Virus record (IMG/VR): IMGVR_UViG_2841800567_000010
DNA from: an uncultured virus (IMG/VR IMGVR_UViG_2841800567_000010)
Lineage: Duplodnaviria; Heunggongvirae; Uroviricota; Caudoviricetes
Reading direction: 5' to 3' (one strand)
Length of the DNA stretch: 64,000 bases
Shown one piece after another: positions 40,381-51,739 of the stretch; position 1 is the stretch's first letter, and each line of letters opens with the position of its first letter. The position numbers were made by a program, and so were the translations under genes. The notes below the pieces were generated by a model. It had not been told where the DNA came from. It saw only the letters and a list, made by a program, of their open reading frames with translations, and made no database searches.

Positions 40381-40543
40381 GGGCAAAGATGGCACCGGCA
40401 ACAAAATTTCAGCACGGTTTCGCAGGAAAAGAGAGGGGATCATAGATGGGGGTCATGTCCGTTCGCTCAGATAATAAGCAACGGTGAGTAACAGACGTGC
40501 AGAACCCTCCGGGGTCAGCCGGATTAATAAAAGGGGAGGAGGG

Positions 40544-40871
40544 TCAGGTGGTGGCCGTTGCCAGCCGCGTATAGTTGTTGCCACGGGACATCAGCATACG
40601 CTCTTTTACACGCCTTGCCTGTTCCCGGCGCACGGCGTTCAGGTTGCCGGTAAAGCGGCCCTCGGCAATTTCCCGCGTCAGTTGCCGCTTCACGATGGTT
40701 TCAATATCGCGGCGGTTACGGTCAGCGTCACGGCGGGCGCGGGCGCGCTTCAGCCCGTGCGATTTGCGCTCGGACTGGTAGCTCCGGAACCGCTCACGCA
40801 CGAACCGCCAGGCTTTGGCTATCAGTTCGTCCATATCCAGTCGGGGGAGACGTTGTTTTTCACGCTGCTGG
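40544..40871 (-). pseudogene. repA: C-terminal remnant of IncFII replication initiator
   Basis: MDELIAKAWRFVRERFRSYQ..KRARARRDA..VKERMLMSR matches the R1/R100 RepA C-terminus; 5' part replaced by IS91. Confidence 0.88.
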
Positions 40872-42324
40872 ATGGTTAGGAAATTGAATCGCTTCTTTTT
40901 AGATCGCCTGACCATGAAAAGTGGCATGATCCTTTCCTGTGATGCCGGGAATCTACGTAGGGTTTGATGTAAAAATGTCATCTTCGACGTATTTTTAAAC
41001 TGAAACCTGTTTTTCAGGCGCACCGATCCAGCTCAGGCATCCGCAGCCATCGTTTTTTCGCCATCTGATGCAGCCTGTCAGAGAGCATTTTTGTGGCGTG
41101 CTTACCCGCCACGGCGCCGGCAAAACGCAGCCGGCCTTTGCAGAGGATGCACTGGTACGGATCCGTGCCCAGGAAGCCCTTCATCAGCACCGCAAACCCG
41201 GGCCGCTTCGGTTTTTCCCGTTCCGTCATCGACAGCGCTTCCCAGACTTTCGGCAGCAGCGTACCCCGCTTGCGGTTGGACAGAAAGCCGGAGTAGCGCA
41301 CCATCTTAAAATGCCGCGCCGGAACGTGGCTGATATAGCGCCCGATCATCTCTTCCTGACTCAGCGTCTGGCGTTTATGCTTCCCCGTGCGGTGATCGAG
41401 GTAATGGTGGACCACCGCGCCGCCGGCATAGTGTCGCAGCCGTGAAGCCGATACCGGCGGGCGCTTCAGGTAGCGTCCCAGGAACTTCACGCTGTGCCAG
41501 GCTCCCCGGGTCTTCTTCGCGAAGTGTACCTTCCAGTGCCGGCCATACTGTGCCTTCAGGTAACGCCGCCACTGGCGCTCATCGCGGATGTGGCCCAGGC
41601 CCGGCAGGGTGCCGGGACTGACCCGCTCATAGCTGCCGCGCAGCAGGCGGGTAACGGCCCCCCGCCAGATTTCTTCAACGACCTTCTTTTTGAAGAAAAG
41701 GCTGCGCCAGACGCCGTGCTTTACGTCAAGTCCGCCACGGGTGACGGAAACGTGGATGTGCGGGTGCTGATTCAGCTGCCGGCCGTAAGTATGCAGGGCA
41801 CAGAAGATACCGACCTCTATGCCCTGCCGGCGTGCCCACTTCAGCATGGCCCGGGTGGCGCAGCGGAACAGGTCATTGAGCAGGGGCCAGTTGTTGTTGA
41901 AGAACGGCCACAACAGGTGGGGCATGGTAAAGGTGATGTGCTGCCATTCGCAGTCGGGGAGGACGTGCTGTTGCTCCGCGATCCACTGCTCGGTGGACTT
42001 CATGCCGCAGGCGCTGCAGGCCTTTGACTTGCAGCTCTGGCAGAAGAAACGGGAGTGTGTGCAGTCCGGCGAGGCGCAGCATTAGCGGCGGACGCCCATG
42101 GCGCAGGTGCCACAGGCGAGCATGCGCTCAACGGAGAGACGGGTCCACTGGCTGATGCTGTCGCCGTGTTTTTCGAGGTAGCGGTTCCAGCCGTCATCGA
42201 CGGTGAAGAGGAGTTTGGCGGGGCGGGGGATATGCATGGTTGCAGAGTATAAAGCGGAGCGCCGGTCATGCAAACACCCGAAGCTGCGCAGCAGCGCCGC
42301 TCACGCCGCAGGCGTGCTACGTTC
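40872..42324 (-). mobile_element. IS91-family element B (1453 bp), transposase with nonsense mutation
   Basis: Both ends present; TAC>TAA at 42082-42084 splits the transposase (41014-42237). Confidence 0.9.
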
Positions 42325-42801
42325 GACTTGCAGCTCTGGCAGAGAAAGCGCGAGTGGGTACAGTCAGGCGAACTGCAGCAATAGCGGCGAACGCCGATGG
42401 CGCAGGTCCCGCAGGCAAGCATGCGCTCGACAGAGAGTTTGGTCCAGTCGCTGAGCTGATGGCCATTCTTATCAAGGAAGCGCTCCCAGCCGTCATCGTG
42501 CTGGAACAGGAGCTTTGCAGGTCGCGGTATGTACATGAAAGACAGTATAAAATACGGCGATGAGGGTGGAAAGGACTTCGGCTGCGCAGCAGACGAGCTC
42601 ACGCCGCAGGCGTGCTACCGTTCCACTGGCTGACGCTGTCACCGTGCTTCCCGAGGTAGTAGTTCCAGCCGTCATAGACGGTGAACAGGAGTTTGGCGGG
42701 ACGCGGGATATACATGATGCTGAGTATAAAGCGGTGCTCCGGCCATGCAAAGCATCGGAACGGCGAAGCCGTGACGCTCGCCCTGTAAAGGCGCTACGTT
42801 C
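42325..42801 (-). mobile_element. Two stacked 5'/ter fragments of divergent IS91-family elements
   Basis: 42325-42623 (MYIPRPAKLLFQHDDGW..CQSCKS) and 42624-42801, each ending in a hairpin plus GTTC. Confidence 0.8.
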
Positions 42802-43037
42802 TGGAGCAGGTTCACCGGAACATCAAACGACGGACGCGACCGATGCCGGGGTTCAAATCATTCCGGCGTGCTCAGACGATACTGGCAGGCATTGAATTAA
42901 TCCAGATGATACGCAAAGGGCAATATCAGTATCCACAGGGTGCCGGATTATCTCCGGCTGAACAGTTTATCTGTTGGCTGCCTGAAAAGCCGGCAGCACA
43001 ATTTTGGCTAACCTGTCTGTGCTAATGCGACAGAGCC
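42802..43037 (+). mobile_element. IS6-family 3' remnant
   Basis: GFKSFRRAQTILAGIELIQMIRKGQ and terminal ..TGCGACAGAGCC. Confidence 0.75.
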
Positions 43038-43184
43038 GATGTCACTTAGCTAAATAGCTGCGCCTGATACCTCTACACCTGCCGTTTACTGATTAAGATA
43101 TAGCTCGGTCAGGCAAAGAAAACAGCCCTGATAGCCTGCACTGCATGGGCTGGTTAAAAGTGGAGTACTATTCCGCACAGCTAT

Positions 43185-43574
43185 TTACTTATAATATTTA
43201 ATGAATGGTTTTTTTCCGTTTAAAAAAACGTCCACGTTTGGTCCTAATAGTTGTATACGGAAGTTTTCACTCATAATATAATCAACACAGTTATCATCCG
43301 AGAATTCATGAAAAGTGAATGCAGCGGGTGTTATGATAGCTACATTTTGTGGTTTACGATCATGATTTGCTTTTATGCAAGATGAAATGTAGTTTAGCTC
43401 TCTTGAAGAAGCATAAAGACGTACTGAATTTGCTGATTTATTTAGATTTACCATTGACATTGCAATCATTTTACTTGTATCAGGAAATTCATCAGCGTTG
43501 ACTGATAAAGAAAATAAAACAGGAGCGACTAAAAACATTCTGATGTTCATCATGATCAACCTTAATTTTGTCAT
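43185..43574 (-). CDS. AT-rich hypothetical exported protein
   Basis: Signal-peptide-like MNIRMFLVAPVLFSLSVNA; intact ORF in low-GC DNA; start uncertain. Confidence 0.55.
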   Translation of the reverse strand: MTKLRLIMMNIRMFLVAPVLFSLSVNADEFPDTSKMIAMSMVNLNKSANSVRLYASSRELNYISSCIKANHDRKPQNVAIITPAAFTFHEFSDDNCVDYIMSENFRIQLLGPNVDVFLNGKKPFIKYYK

Positions 43575-43777
43575 ATAGTTAAATAATTAATTATTCATCA
43601 GAAACCATACTAATTATCAATGAAAGTGCTGATGAATCTGTTGTGTAGCTCAGGTGACTTTTAATATCCCAGCGTCTTACAGTTCAGATGTTTCAGACGA
43701 TTACCGGGTATCAGGTTTTCACTCTATATATACGTTGTGTATGTGGCTTTTCAGCGAATGTGCACATTGGCAACTCT

Positions 43778-43930
43778 CTACTGTAATGCCCTGTAGCCAT
43801 TTGTGCACCATAAAGCGACACTCAACCCCGACAGCAGCTTCAGTAACCCACGAAGTGTTTTCTGCTCCGGGAGCCAAAAATATACCCTGTGATTTTTTTC
43901 AGTCGATGCTCCCACACATAGTCTGTGTTT
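43778..43930 (-). pseudogene. Possible IS1-family InsB relic
   Basis: KTLRGLLKLLSGLSVALWCTNGY resembles the InsB segment around the TD catalytic motif; degenerate. Confidence 0.35.
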
Positions 43931-44563
43931 TCTGGCCGCATCTGTCTGCCTGAACTTTATCCAGCGCACCCGAGCACACAGAAACAAATACTGTAGACTA
44001 CGGACAACGTATTGAATGCCTGACTAATTTTTATATTGATAATTGAAAGCACTATTAATATAGCTGCTAACAATTAATTTAACTATCAATAAAAGATGGT
44101 CTGTTTGCATTAAGAATAATCTGTGTTTTATTGCATTAAGGTGTCATCAGGTAACATACCGTTTTTTTATGATGTTTCCTGACCATGTCTCTGATCCGAA
44201 ACTCCTTTCGACGCCTCCATTATCCCGTTGATATTATTGCTCAGTGCTCCGCTGGTCTCTGACTTATTCACTCAGCCTTTGAGGTCGTGACGCAGATTTA
44301 TTGATAATGATGAAGAGTCAGATACCAACCGATGATCTTATCGTGCATTTTAGGTTTCGTTCCTGGCCCTGGTTATCATGTCCGCTTGCCAAAGTAGAGC
44401 ATGATTTCCGGGGCTTTGTTTTTTCTGTTGCCGTTAAATTACACGTGAACGGTCTTGTTTGTCGAATCCTTCTGTCACAACGGCTTAGTGCGCCGCCAGC
44501 TCCTGGAAGAATTTCGGGGTCGCCTGAATGGTTGCCAGCACCTTCGCCACCAGTTCAGTCAGG

Positions 44564-45190
44564 TTACGATTCTGTCCGTTCAGGAAGAAGCTTAACGATA
44601 ACGTGGACGACTAAGATCGTTAATCCGATAGTGATAAAACGCTCATGCCACGTTTCATAATGGAAAAACCAGTAGCAACAAACGATGAGGAGCACGCCTC
44701 CCAGAAGTGAAGCGCCAGTCTCAATAACGGTATGGAATGTGTTCCGCCAAAAACTCAGCTTCTTAGGCTCACCTCTTTGCATTGATTTCACTCGCTACAA
44801 TCTCAAGAATCCTTTCAAAAGCAGGATTCCCCTGCGTTCTGCGGACATGCAGGGCTTCAATAAACGGGTTAAGTGCTGGTTCTAAAAAGAAATAAAGCAG
44901 GTCGTAATTTCTTTGCCGGGGCACATTATAAATTTCTGGATTTAACTGGCGAAGACGTTCTGATGTATAGAGACACCGTTCAATCATGCCGCCAATCAGT
45001 AAAGCGTTACGAATGATACCCCCCGCAGAGTGCTGACATATCAGATGGCATACAAATCAAAGTCTGATTGAATTTTAACCACCCCATTCCAGTGCAGAAA
45101 TGGTTTCAATTTCCTGTACGTGAAGTAGGCCGACATCCTCTGGTATGGGTAAAACTGGATCTGATCCTGAAAATGCTGGGTTATCCAGCT
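44564..45190 (-). pseudogene. Broken gene 3' end plus small two-TM membrane ORF
   Basis: ..IERCLYTSERLRQLNPEIY..YDLLYFFLEPAL overlapping a 75-aa membrane ORF (44564-44791); interrupted at ~45051-45121 by an IS91 ori relic. Confidence 0.4.
45051..45121 (+). mobile_element. Isolated IS91-type ori-end relic
   Basis: ..GAAATGGTTTCAATTTCCTGTACGT|GAAG is similar to the ori end of element G (61216-61285). Confidence 0.7.
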
Positions 45191-45253
45191 AACTGGAAAA
45201 ACCGATCAATGTTCAATTCACTCTGAATATGTGTGGGGGCACGGGTCTGTCGG

Positions 45254-45327
45254 GAGCCAGATGCGGTAGTTCCGCACGCCCGGTTCTGAGGAGGGACCTG
45301 ACCGGGTAACTGTCAGGCCTACTCAAC
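45254..45327 (+). ncRNA. Group II intron 3' relic (domains V-VI)
   Basis: GAGCCAGATGCGGTAGTTCCGCACGCCCGGTTC (DV with AGC triad), then a DVI hairpin ending CCTACTCAAC. Confidence 0.75.
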
Positions 45328-45499
45328 TCAGACCCGTTAATGCACCAGAACTGACGCTTACCTCCGTTCGGATTGAAAGGGAATATGTATTTTTTAAAAC
45401 TATTTGGAACTAATAGGCACTTTTATCTACTCATTGTTCAAATTTATCCAATAATTATTTCGATGATGGTTTTATGGGGCTGTGTGTATTCCGCCCTTT

Positions 45500-46284
45500 A
45501 TGGTTAGGAGATTGAATCGCTTCTTTATAGAGCTGCCTGACCATGAACGGTGGCAAGAGCCGCACCAGTGAAGGCAAGGTTCAACATGAGTTTTCTGATA
45601 AAAATGCCGTCTTTGGCGTATTTTTAACCTTAAACCTATTTTTCAGGCGCACCGATCCAGAGCTGGTATCCGCAGCCTGCCTTTACAGAGGATGCACTGA
45701 TATGGATCTGTGCCCAGGAAGATTTTCATCAGCACCGCGAACCCGGGGCGTTTCGGTTTTTCCCGTACCGCCACTTCGATACCTTGCCTGCAGGCCTGGC
45801 GGACCATGGCCCGGGTGGCGCAGCGGAACAGGTCATTGAGCAGGGGCCAGTTGTTGTTGAAGAACGGCCACAACAGGTGGGGCATGGTAAAGGTGATGTG
45901 CTGCCATTCGCAGTCGGGGAGGACGTGCTGTTGCTCCGCGATCCACTGCTCGGTGGACTTCATGCCGCAGGCGCTGCAGGCCTTTGACTTGCAGCTCTGG
46001 CAGAAGAAACGGGAGTGTGTGCAGTCCGGCGAGGCGCAGCAGTAGCGGCGGACGCCCATGGCGCAGGTGCCACAGGCGAGCATGCGCTCAACGGAGAGAC
46101 GGGTCCACTGGCTGATGCTGTCGCCGTGTTTTTCGAGGTAGCGGTTCCAGCCGTCATCGACGGTGAAGAGGAGTTTGGCGGGGCGGGAGATATGCATGGT
46201 TGCAGAGTATAAAGCGGAGCGCCGGTCATGCAAACACCCGAAGCTGCGCAGCAGCGCCGCTCACGCCGCAGGCGTGCTACGTTC
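45500..46284 (-). mobile_element. IS91-family element C, internally deleted (785 bp)
   Basis: Both ends intact; transposase jumps from GIEV to REKPKRPGF, losing the HUH and Y2 motifs. Confidence 0.85.
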
Positions 46285-48014
46285 AGTATGTCTATTAATT
46301 CCAGATCGGCCCACCGCCGGCCAATCTCCTGCTTCAGCGCCGCTGTATTGGGGGGCTCAGTCTTTTTTTCCAGTGGCGTCAGGTGGATACGATTTTTCCC
46401 CTGCTCCCTGATGCGAACTTTGGGGTTATCTGGCAGGCCATTATTTAGCGTGCCGAGCCAATGGCGCATTCTATCTTTGACTTGAGTAATAAAGGTTGTC
46501 GCATCGGCAGGAGCCTGCAACAGGGAATAATAATAGGCCCGGTTAGTGGCAAAGTCCGCGGGGAGATCCTCTGCTGGATCACGATAACGGTCAGCGCCTG
46601 TTACCCAAATTTCTTTGTTACGCAGACTCTTACGTAAAGCCCGTAAAACGCAAATTTCATAGTTGATGCGATTTATTCGTTCTTCGCCTGATTTGCCCTG
46701 TTCGATGACAATATCTCGCCATTTTTTCTGAATAATACCGTCAACGGGTACATCGCCCACAGCGTAGAAATACTGATTGCTGGCCCTGTTTTCCTTAATG
46801 ATCTGAATGGCATCAATAACGGGTCGATACAGCGCATTACCAGACTGAAATTCAAGCCTGTCCAGCACCGGCATCAACATGCGTCGATAGTGGCTACCGT
46901 AAGAAGAACGCATGGAGCCATGGACTTCCTGTTCGGTATTTACCCCCAGTGTTTTGAATTCATCGACCAGATTTTGCAACATTTTCTGAGAAACGACAGG
47001 ATAGACAACCTCTTTTATGACACCGTCCGGCTGGTCAACGGTGGCTTCGGCCATGCGAAACAGCAGACGTGCCTTACCCCTGACTTTTTTAAATGCCGCG
47101 AACTGCTTTTTATCGACTTTTTTTTCAGCCCGGGTACCGAGGTTATGGATCAGTACCATCAACATTTCAATCAATGCATCGGTCAACTGTTGGCGGCGAC
47201 GCCAGCAAAACATGGCCACCATACTGTAACGGATCGCCGAAGGGTGGCGACGAAGCTCGCTGATCGATTCACTGGCACACCGTTGTTGGAACTGCACGAT
47301 GAATTTAGGAGATATTCCCTGAAAAATACCCGGCTGTAACGCAACGCTATCAAGGCATTTTAGCTGGGCGATAACGGAAAGGACATTCTCCAGACTGGCT
47401 CTTCCCGGGTCGGCTTTGAGTCCACTCAACGTGACTTCGGTTACTCTGTCGGTACCGGGTTCTTCGACCGACAGTAAATGGTTGATGGCAACCTTACTGT
47501 CGAGTGAAAGTCGGGTAAATATGATGTATTGCTGTTCTGTTTCGAACTGGTGCACAGCTGAACGAATAATTCGATCCAGGTGATCGGCTGCGGGACGTTC
47601 AATCTTCTGCTCTTGACACCAGTCAGAAACAAGCTCACTGCCATGTAGAGCTTGCGGGTTTAATGGAAGGATAAATTCGGTCAACCAGGCAGTAAGCTGC
47701 GTTATATCGTTTTTATTAGGGAGCCTGACACCCAAATAGCGACGAATATTTTGTCGGTGACGCTGGGCCTGTCGTCCCTGAAGAGGATAATTTTCGAAGG
47801 GAACAGAAACACATCCAATTTGTTCAGCAATAACGCGCACCATTCCAGAGGGGAGTTCGCTTATTGATTCAGGGTAATGGCCATATGTTTGTCGGAATTT
47901 CAATTGAATGGCAAACCCTAAACGCCCGGCATCGGTCATGCCTGGGAGTAAGGAAAGCTCATCAGCAAGTAAACTCCAAACATCCTTTTCATCAAATGGC
48001 TGATCCTGTGACAA
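46285..48014 (-). pseudogene. tnpA: Tn3-family transposase, 3'-truncated
   Basis: RLGFAIQLK (DUF4158-like), YEICVLRALR..EIWVTGADRY; cut by IS91 before the DDE domain. Confidence 0.85.
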
Positions 48015-48105
48015 AATACTAACTCCCTGAATGATCAGTGGGTAATCGCTTCTGCAACCATTTCACAGGTAAGTGATTTTTACTCAGATCCAGCTCAAAA
48101 AAGTC

Positions 48106-48141
48106 AGATGTCGCATTTTGTAGCTTCGCTCCCACTGGGCC
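48106..48141 (-). repeat. Probable transposon terminal repeat, copy 1
   Basis: 36 bp, 32/36 identical to 54312-54347; lies upstream of tnpA. Confidence 0.65.
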
Positions 48142-48252
48142 TAAACATGATGGTCCCTCCTGTCCGTTTTGATCAGATCTTATTCATCATGGCAAAAGAT
48201 TGTGCTCACCATGAAGGAGGGGGAAGACCATCTCATCGCTTACTCAAATCCT

Positions 48253-49101
48253 TTACACAGCAACCAAATGTTTTATGAAATGAGCCGAGTTGTCATCTAA
48301 AATAACAGCGCCAAGCAGCGTGTCTGAACTCCGGTTTGAACAAGTCTCATCGAATTCAAGGGGAATCCCTTCACCTGCAAACAGCTCTTTAAGTGCCTCT
48401 GCCGTGCTAACTGAGAAATCACCCTTTCTATCCCCTCCATGCATAGCGACGCGTATTGTCAAACCTTGTGCCCTGACGTTCCTTAAATAACCGCGCAGAG
48501 ACTCTAAAACCTGTTCTGGTGCAAGCTCTTCGTGATGGAAAGGTAGCAAATGAAATACGCGGACCTGTGCGCCCGGCATGCGTTCACCGCTGTCATCATT
48601 CAGGTTCTCTGCAGCACACGCGACTGCAATACATGCCGTCATGTTGTCGGTGATGACAGGCATATTTATTTGGCTCGTGCCTGCACTGTATAAATGCCGT
48701 GTCCCTTCGTCATTGGGTGTAAATCCGTTAAATCCAGCCACTTTGACAACAGTGTTTCTGTCGATTTCGAAACATTTATCCAAACCTGCTTTTGAGTGGT
48801 AGACACGGACCCATGGAAACACGGAATCACTACGATCCTTTATTGCATTCATAGGGTGTCGTCTTTCAGCTTGATAAACATCTAAGGAAACCATTCGAAG
48901 GGTATAGTTTTCGCCGCGTCGCGCGAGTTGAAAATGAGAAAACTTTGCAGGACGTTCGTTTACTTCGTCAGATACTCCGCAGCTTGTTAATGTCGGTTGA
49001 TGACTGGACGCTGCCCTTAAGTTTGGGGAAGTTGCAGACGATGCCAAGTCTGATTTGTTACTATAGTTCCTACCAGAATGTCCTGAAATACACAGTCCCA
49101 T
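48253..49101 (-). CDS. hopAF1: HopAF1/AvrXv3-family type III effector
   Basis: MGLCIS acylation motif, ERPAKFSHFQLAR, DNMTACIAV (C157), VFHLLP (H184), RVAMHGG, LLGAVILDDNS; hrp box upstream. Confidence 0.88.
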   Translation of the reverse strand: MGLCISGHSGRNYSNKSDLASSATSPNLRAASSHQPTLTSCGVSDEVNERPAKFSHFQLARRGENYTLRMVSLDVYQAERRHPMNAIKDRSDSVFPWVRVYHSKAGLDKCFEIDRNTVVKVAGFNGFTPNDEGTRHLYSAGTSQINMPVITDNMTACIAVACAAENLNDDSGERMPGAQVRVFHLLPFHHEELAPEQVLESLRGYLRNVRAQGLTIRVAMHGGDRKGDFSVSTAEALKELFAGEGIPLEFDETCSNRSSDTLLGAVILDDNSAHFIKHLVAV

Positions 49102-49346
49102 GACGGCTCTCTCTTTAATGGGGTTTGAGAATCAACAGTATGAAAACGTGCAGTAAGAGGAAAATAATCGTCTGAAAAATAGATTAGCAGGCATCAATGT
49201 CAGTTGAGTGCAATTTATCGTTTGAAAAAACACCACCTCTGTACATTCTTCATGTTTATTATGCTCTCTGTTTCTTACAGGCAGTTATTGCTCTACCGTA
49301 AGTTTTCAGTCCGTCAAACTTCAAACCCCGATTTATGTAAAAAACT

Positions 49347-49375
49347 TTAGTGGCTTTTGGGATGGCTTCGGTTCC
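49347..49375 (-). promoter_or_regulatory. HrpL-dependent promoter (hrp box)
   Basis: GGAACC-N16-CCACTAA on the minus strand, 245 bp before the effector ATG. Confidence 0.85.
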
Positions 49376-49399
49376 ACGCTAAAGTTAAGGTTGTAGGTG

Positions 49400-49467
49400 G
49401 TCGAGTAGCCCAAGGGAGTCTCACCCTCAGGCCCTCACGCAACCGGACGTGAATCTCTCGATTCATC
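49400..49467 (-). ncRNA. Second group II intron 3' relic (partial DV, DVI)
   Basis: GATGAATCGAGAGATTCACGTCCGGTT..GAGGGCCTGAGGGTGAGACTCCCTTGGGCTACTCGAC; 5' GAGCC removed by the next element. Confidence 0.7.
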
Positions 49468-49567
49468 TGTAGTGGCACACTGATACTGGCCACCTGATCG
49501 GAGGTGATATGCTCACCTCCATAACATGACAGGTGATCACATGGCGAAACATTTCACGGCTGAATTT
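49468..49567 (+). mobile_element. IS3-family (IS911-like) left-end relic
   Basis: TGTAGTGGCACACTGA..TGGCCACCTGA..GAGGTGATATGCTCACCTC, then MAKHFTAEF. Confidence 0.7.
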
Positions 49568-49605
49568 GGGGTTTGAAGCCCAACCGTACGAAAACGTACG
49601 CTAAG
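49568..49605 (+). repeat. Tn3-family 38-bp terminal inverted repeat
   Basis: GGGGTTTGAAGCCCAACCGTACGAAAACGTACGCTAAG. Confidence 0.85.
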
Positions 49606-49655
49606 TGTATTTTTTGAGCAAATTTAGAGAGTAAAGAAAACGAGCGGTTTCGTAC

Positions 49656-50983
49656 ATAGTTAGGAGATTGAATCGCTTCTTTTGATATCGCCTGACCATG
49701 AAAAATGACACTGTCTACTCCATTGCTGCTGCTGATCTGTGTGGGTCTTGATATAAAAATGCCATCTTCGCTGTATTTTCAACCTGAAACCCATTTTTCA
49801 GGCGCACCGATCCAGTTCCGGCATCCGCAGCCATCGTTTTTTCGCCATCTGATGCAGCCTGTCAGAGAGCATTTTTGTGGCGTGTTCACCCGCCACGGCT
49901 CCGGAAAAATGCAACCGGCCTTTACAGAGGATGCACTGATACGGATCTGTGCCCAGGAAGCCTTTCATCAGTACCGCGAACCCGGGGCGTTTAGGTTTTT
50001 CCCGTACCGTCATCTCAAGCGCTTCGTAAACCTTCGGCAGCAGCGTGCCCCGCTTTCGGTTGGCCAGAAAGCCGGAGTAGCGCACCATCTTAAAATGCCG
50101 CGCCGGAATGTGGCTGATATAGCGCCCGATCATCTCTTCCTGACTCAGCGTCTGGCGTTTATGTTTTCCCGTGCGGTGATCGAGGTAGTGGTGGACTACC
50201 GCGCCTCCGCCGTAGTGTCGCAGACGGGAAGCCGACACCGGCGGGCGCTTCAGGTAGCGGCCGAGGTATTTCAGGCTGTGCCAGGCTCCCCGGGTCTTCT
50301 TCGCGAAGTGTACCTTCCAGTGTCGGCCATATTGTGCCTTCAGGTAACGCCGCCACTGGCGCTCATCGCGGATGTGGCCCAGACCCGGCAGCATGCCGGG
50401 CATGATCCGGGCGTAGCTGTCGCGCAGCAGTCGGATAACAGCACCACGCCAGATTTCCTCAACGGCCTTCTTTTTAAAGAAAGAGGCTGCGCCAGACGCG
50501 GTGCTTAACGTCGAGACCGCCCCGCGTGACGGAGACGTGGATATGCGGATGCTGATTGAGCTGGCGACCATAGGAGTGCAGGGCGCAGAATATGCCGACC
50601 TCAATGCCCTGTGTACGTGCCCACTTCAGCATGGCGCGGGTGGCGCAGCGGAACAGGTCGTTGAGCAGCGGCCAGTTATAGTTAAAGAACGGCCAGAGCA
50701 GGTGTGGCATAGTAAAAGTGATGTGTTGCCATTCGCAGTCGGGCAGAATGTGCTGCTGCTCAGCAATCCACTGCTCAGTGGACTTCATGCCGCAGGCGCT
50801 GCATGCCTTTGACTTGCAGCTCTGGCAGAAGAAGCGGGAGTGGGTACAGCCCGGCGAGGCACAGCAGTAGCGGCGAGCGCCCATTGCGCAGGTTCCACAG
50901 GCGAGCATGCGCTCAACACAGAGGCGGGTCCACTGGCTGACGCTGTCACAGTGCTTCCCGAGGTAGTAGTTCCAGCCGTCATA
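49656..50983 (-). mobile_element. IS91-family element D, frameshifted and lacking its ter end
   Basis: ori end ..CCTAACTAT|GTAC; frameshift near 50475; similarity stops near 50983. Confidence 0.85.
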
Positions 50984-51133
50984 ACAGTCTGATCGTACTC
51001 CTGAACCCAACAGTTATTTTTTTAATGCCCGTTATCAGGGGAAACTGTATCAGTGTTACGTTGGCACCATTCAGCAGCAGATCATGTCTGACGCCGTCTG
51101 TCGTCCAACCGATGGTTCAGATTTACCCCGTTA

Positions 51134-51739
51134 ATGCAGGGAAGCAGGATGGCACCATCGCCAGTACAGCAAAAATTGAAACTGCCCCCGAACGTTCAGG
51201 TTAGCCGCCGGGGAAACACATACGTTATTTGTTATTGTAACGATGAGGTGGGTGGTGTGGTTGTCACCGAAACCCCATCAGGCGACACGCAGCTGCGCCC
51301 GTATGTGAAAGACCCTGTGGAACTGAACAAAGATATTGTGGCGTTGGTTGCTCAACAGATGGCTGACGCGCTGATTGAGCATGCTGGCCGGCATCCTTAT
51401 GGTGCCAGTCCCTCACCACCGGCCCCCATTCCCGGCACGACGCTCCTTGAAAACACCATGTTCCCCTGCTCCCGCTGCGGACGAATTACTGCCAGACTGG
51501 TTTTTGCCCCGGAGTGTACGTCTGAGGCTGATATGGTGTCCCTCGGTGACCGTCTCCGGAATGACGTCAGGTATGCCCCCTACCCGGTCTGGCTGATTGG
51601 TGCGCCGGACAGTGAGGACGATAGCGTGGCCCGGCACCTGACGCTACAGCTGGCACCGGTCAGCGGTGAGGTATACCGGGAGCATCCAGACCATATGAAC
51701 AGCCGACTGCTGGAGCTGGATGATAAACATCAGTGCTGA
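51134..51739 (+). CDS. Hypothetical protein with CxxC motif
   Basis: Intact 201-aa ORF; FPCSRCG, PVWLIG, terminal HQC; overlaps the next ORF. Confidence 0.6.
   Translation: MQGSRMAPSPVQQKLKLPPNVQVSRRGNTYVICYCNDEVGGVVVTETPSGDTQLRPYVKDPVELNKDIVALVAQQMADALIEHAGRHPYGASPSPPAPIPGTTLLENTMFPCSRCGRITARLVFAPECTSEADMVSLGDRLRNDVRYAPYPVWLIGAPDSEDDSVARHLTLQLAPVSGEVYREHPDHMNSRLLELDDKHQC

Noticed and set aside
40544..41023. 159-aa ORF as a functional RepA
   Set aside because: The first ~50 codons come from the IS91 ori end; most of RepA is missing
42000..42602. 200-aa ORF as a novel protein
   Set aside because: Read-through of an IS91 stub into an off-frame of element B
45960..48014. 684-aa Tn3 transposase fusion
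   Set aside because: The last ~108 residues are off-frame IS91 sequence and the catalytic domain is absent
45254..49467. Active retroelement (intron, retron)
   Set aside because: Only DV-DVI stubs; no RT ORF or 5' domains in the window
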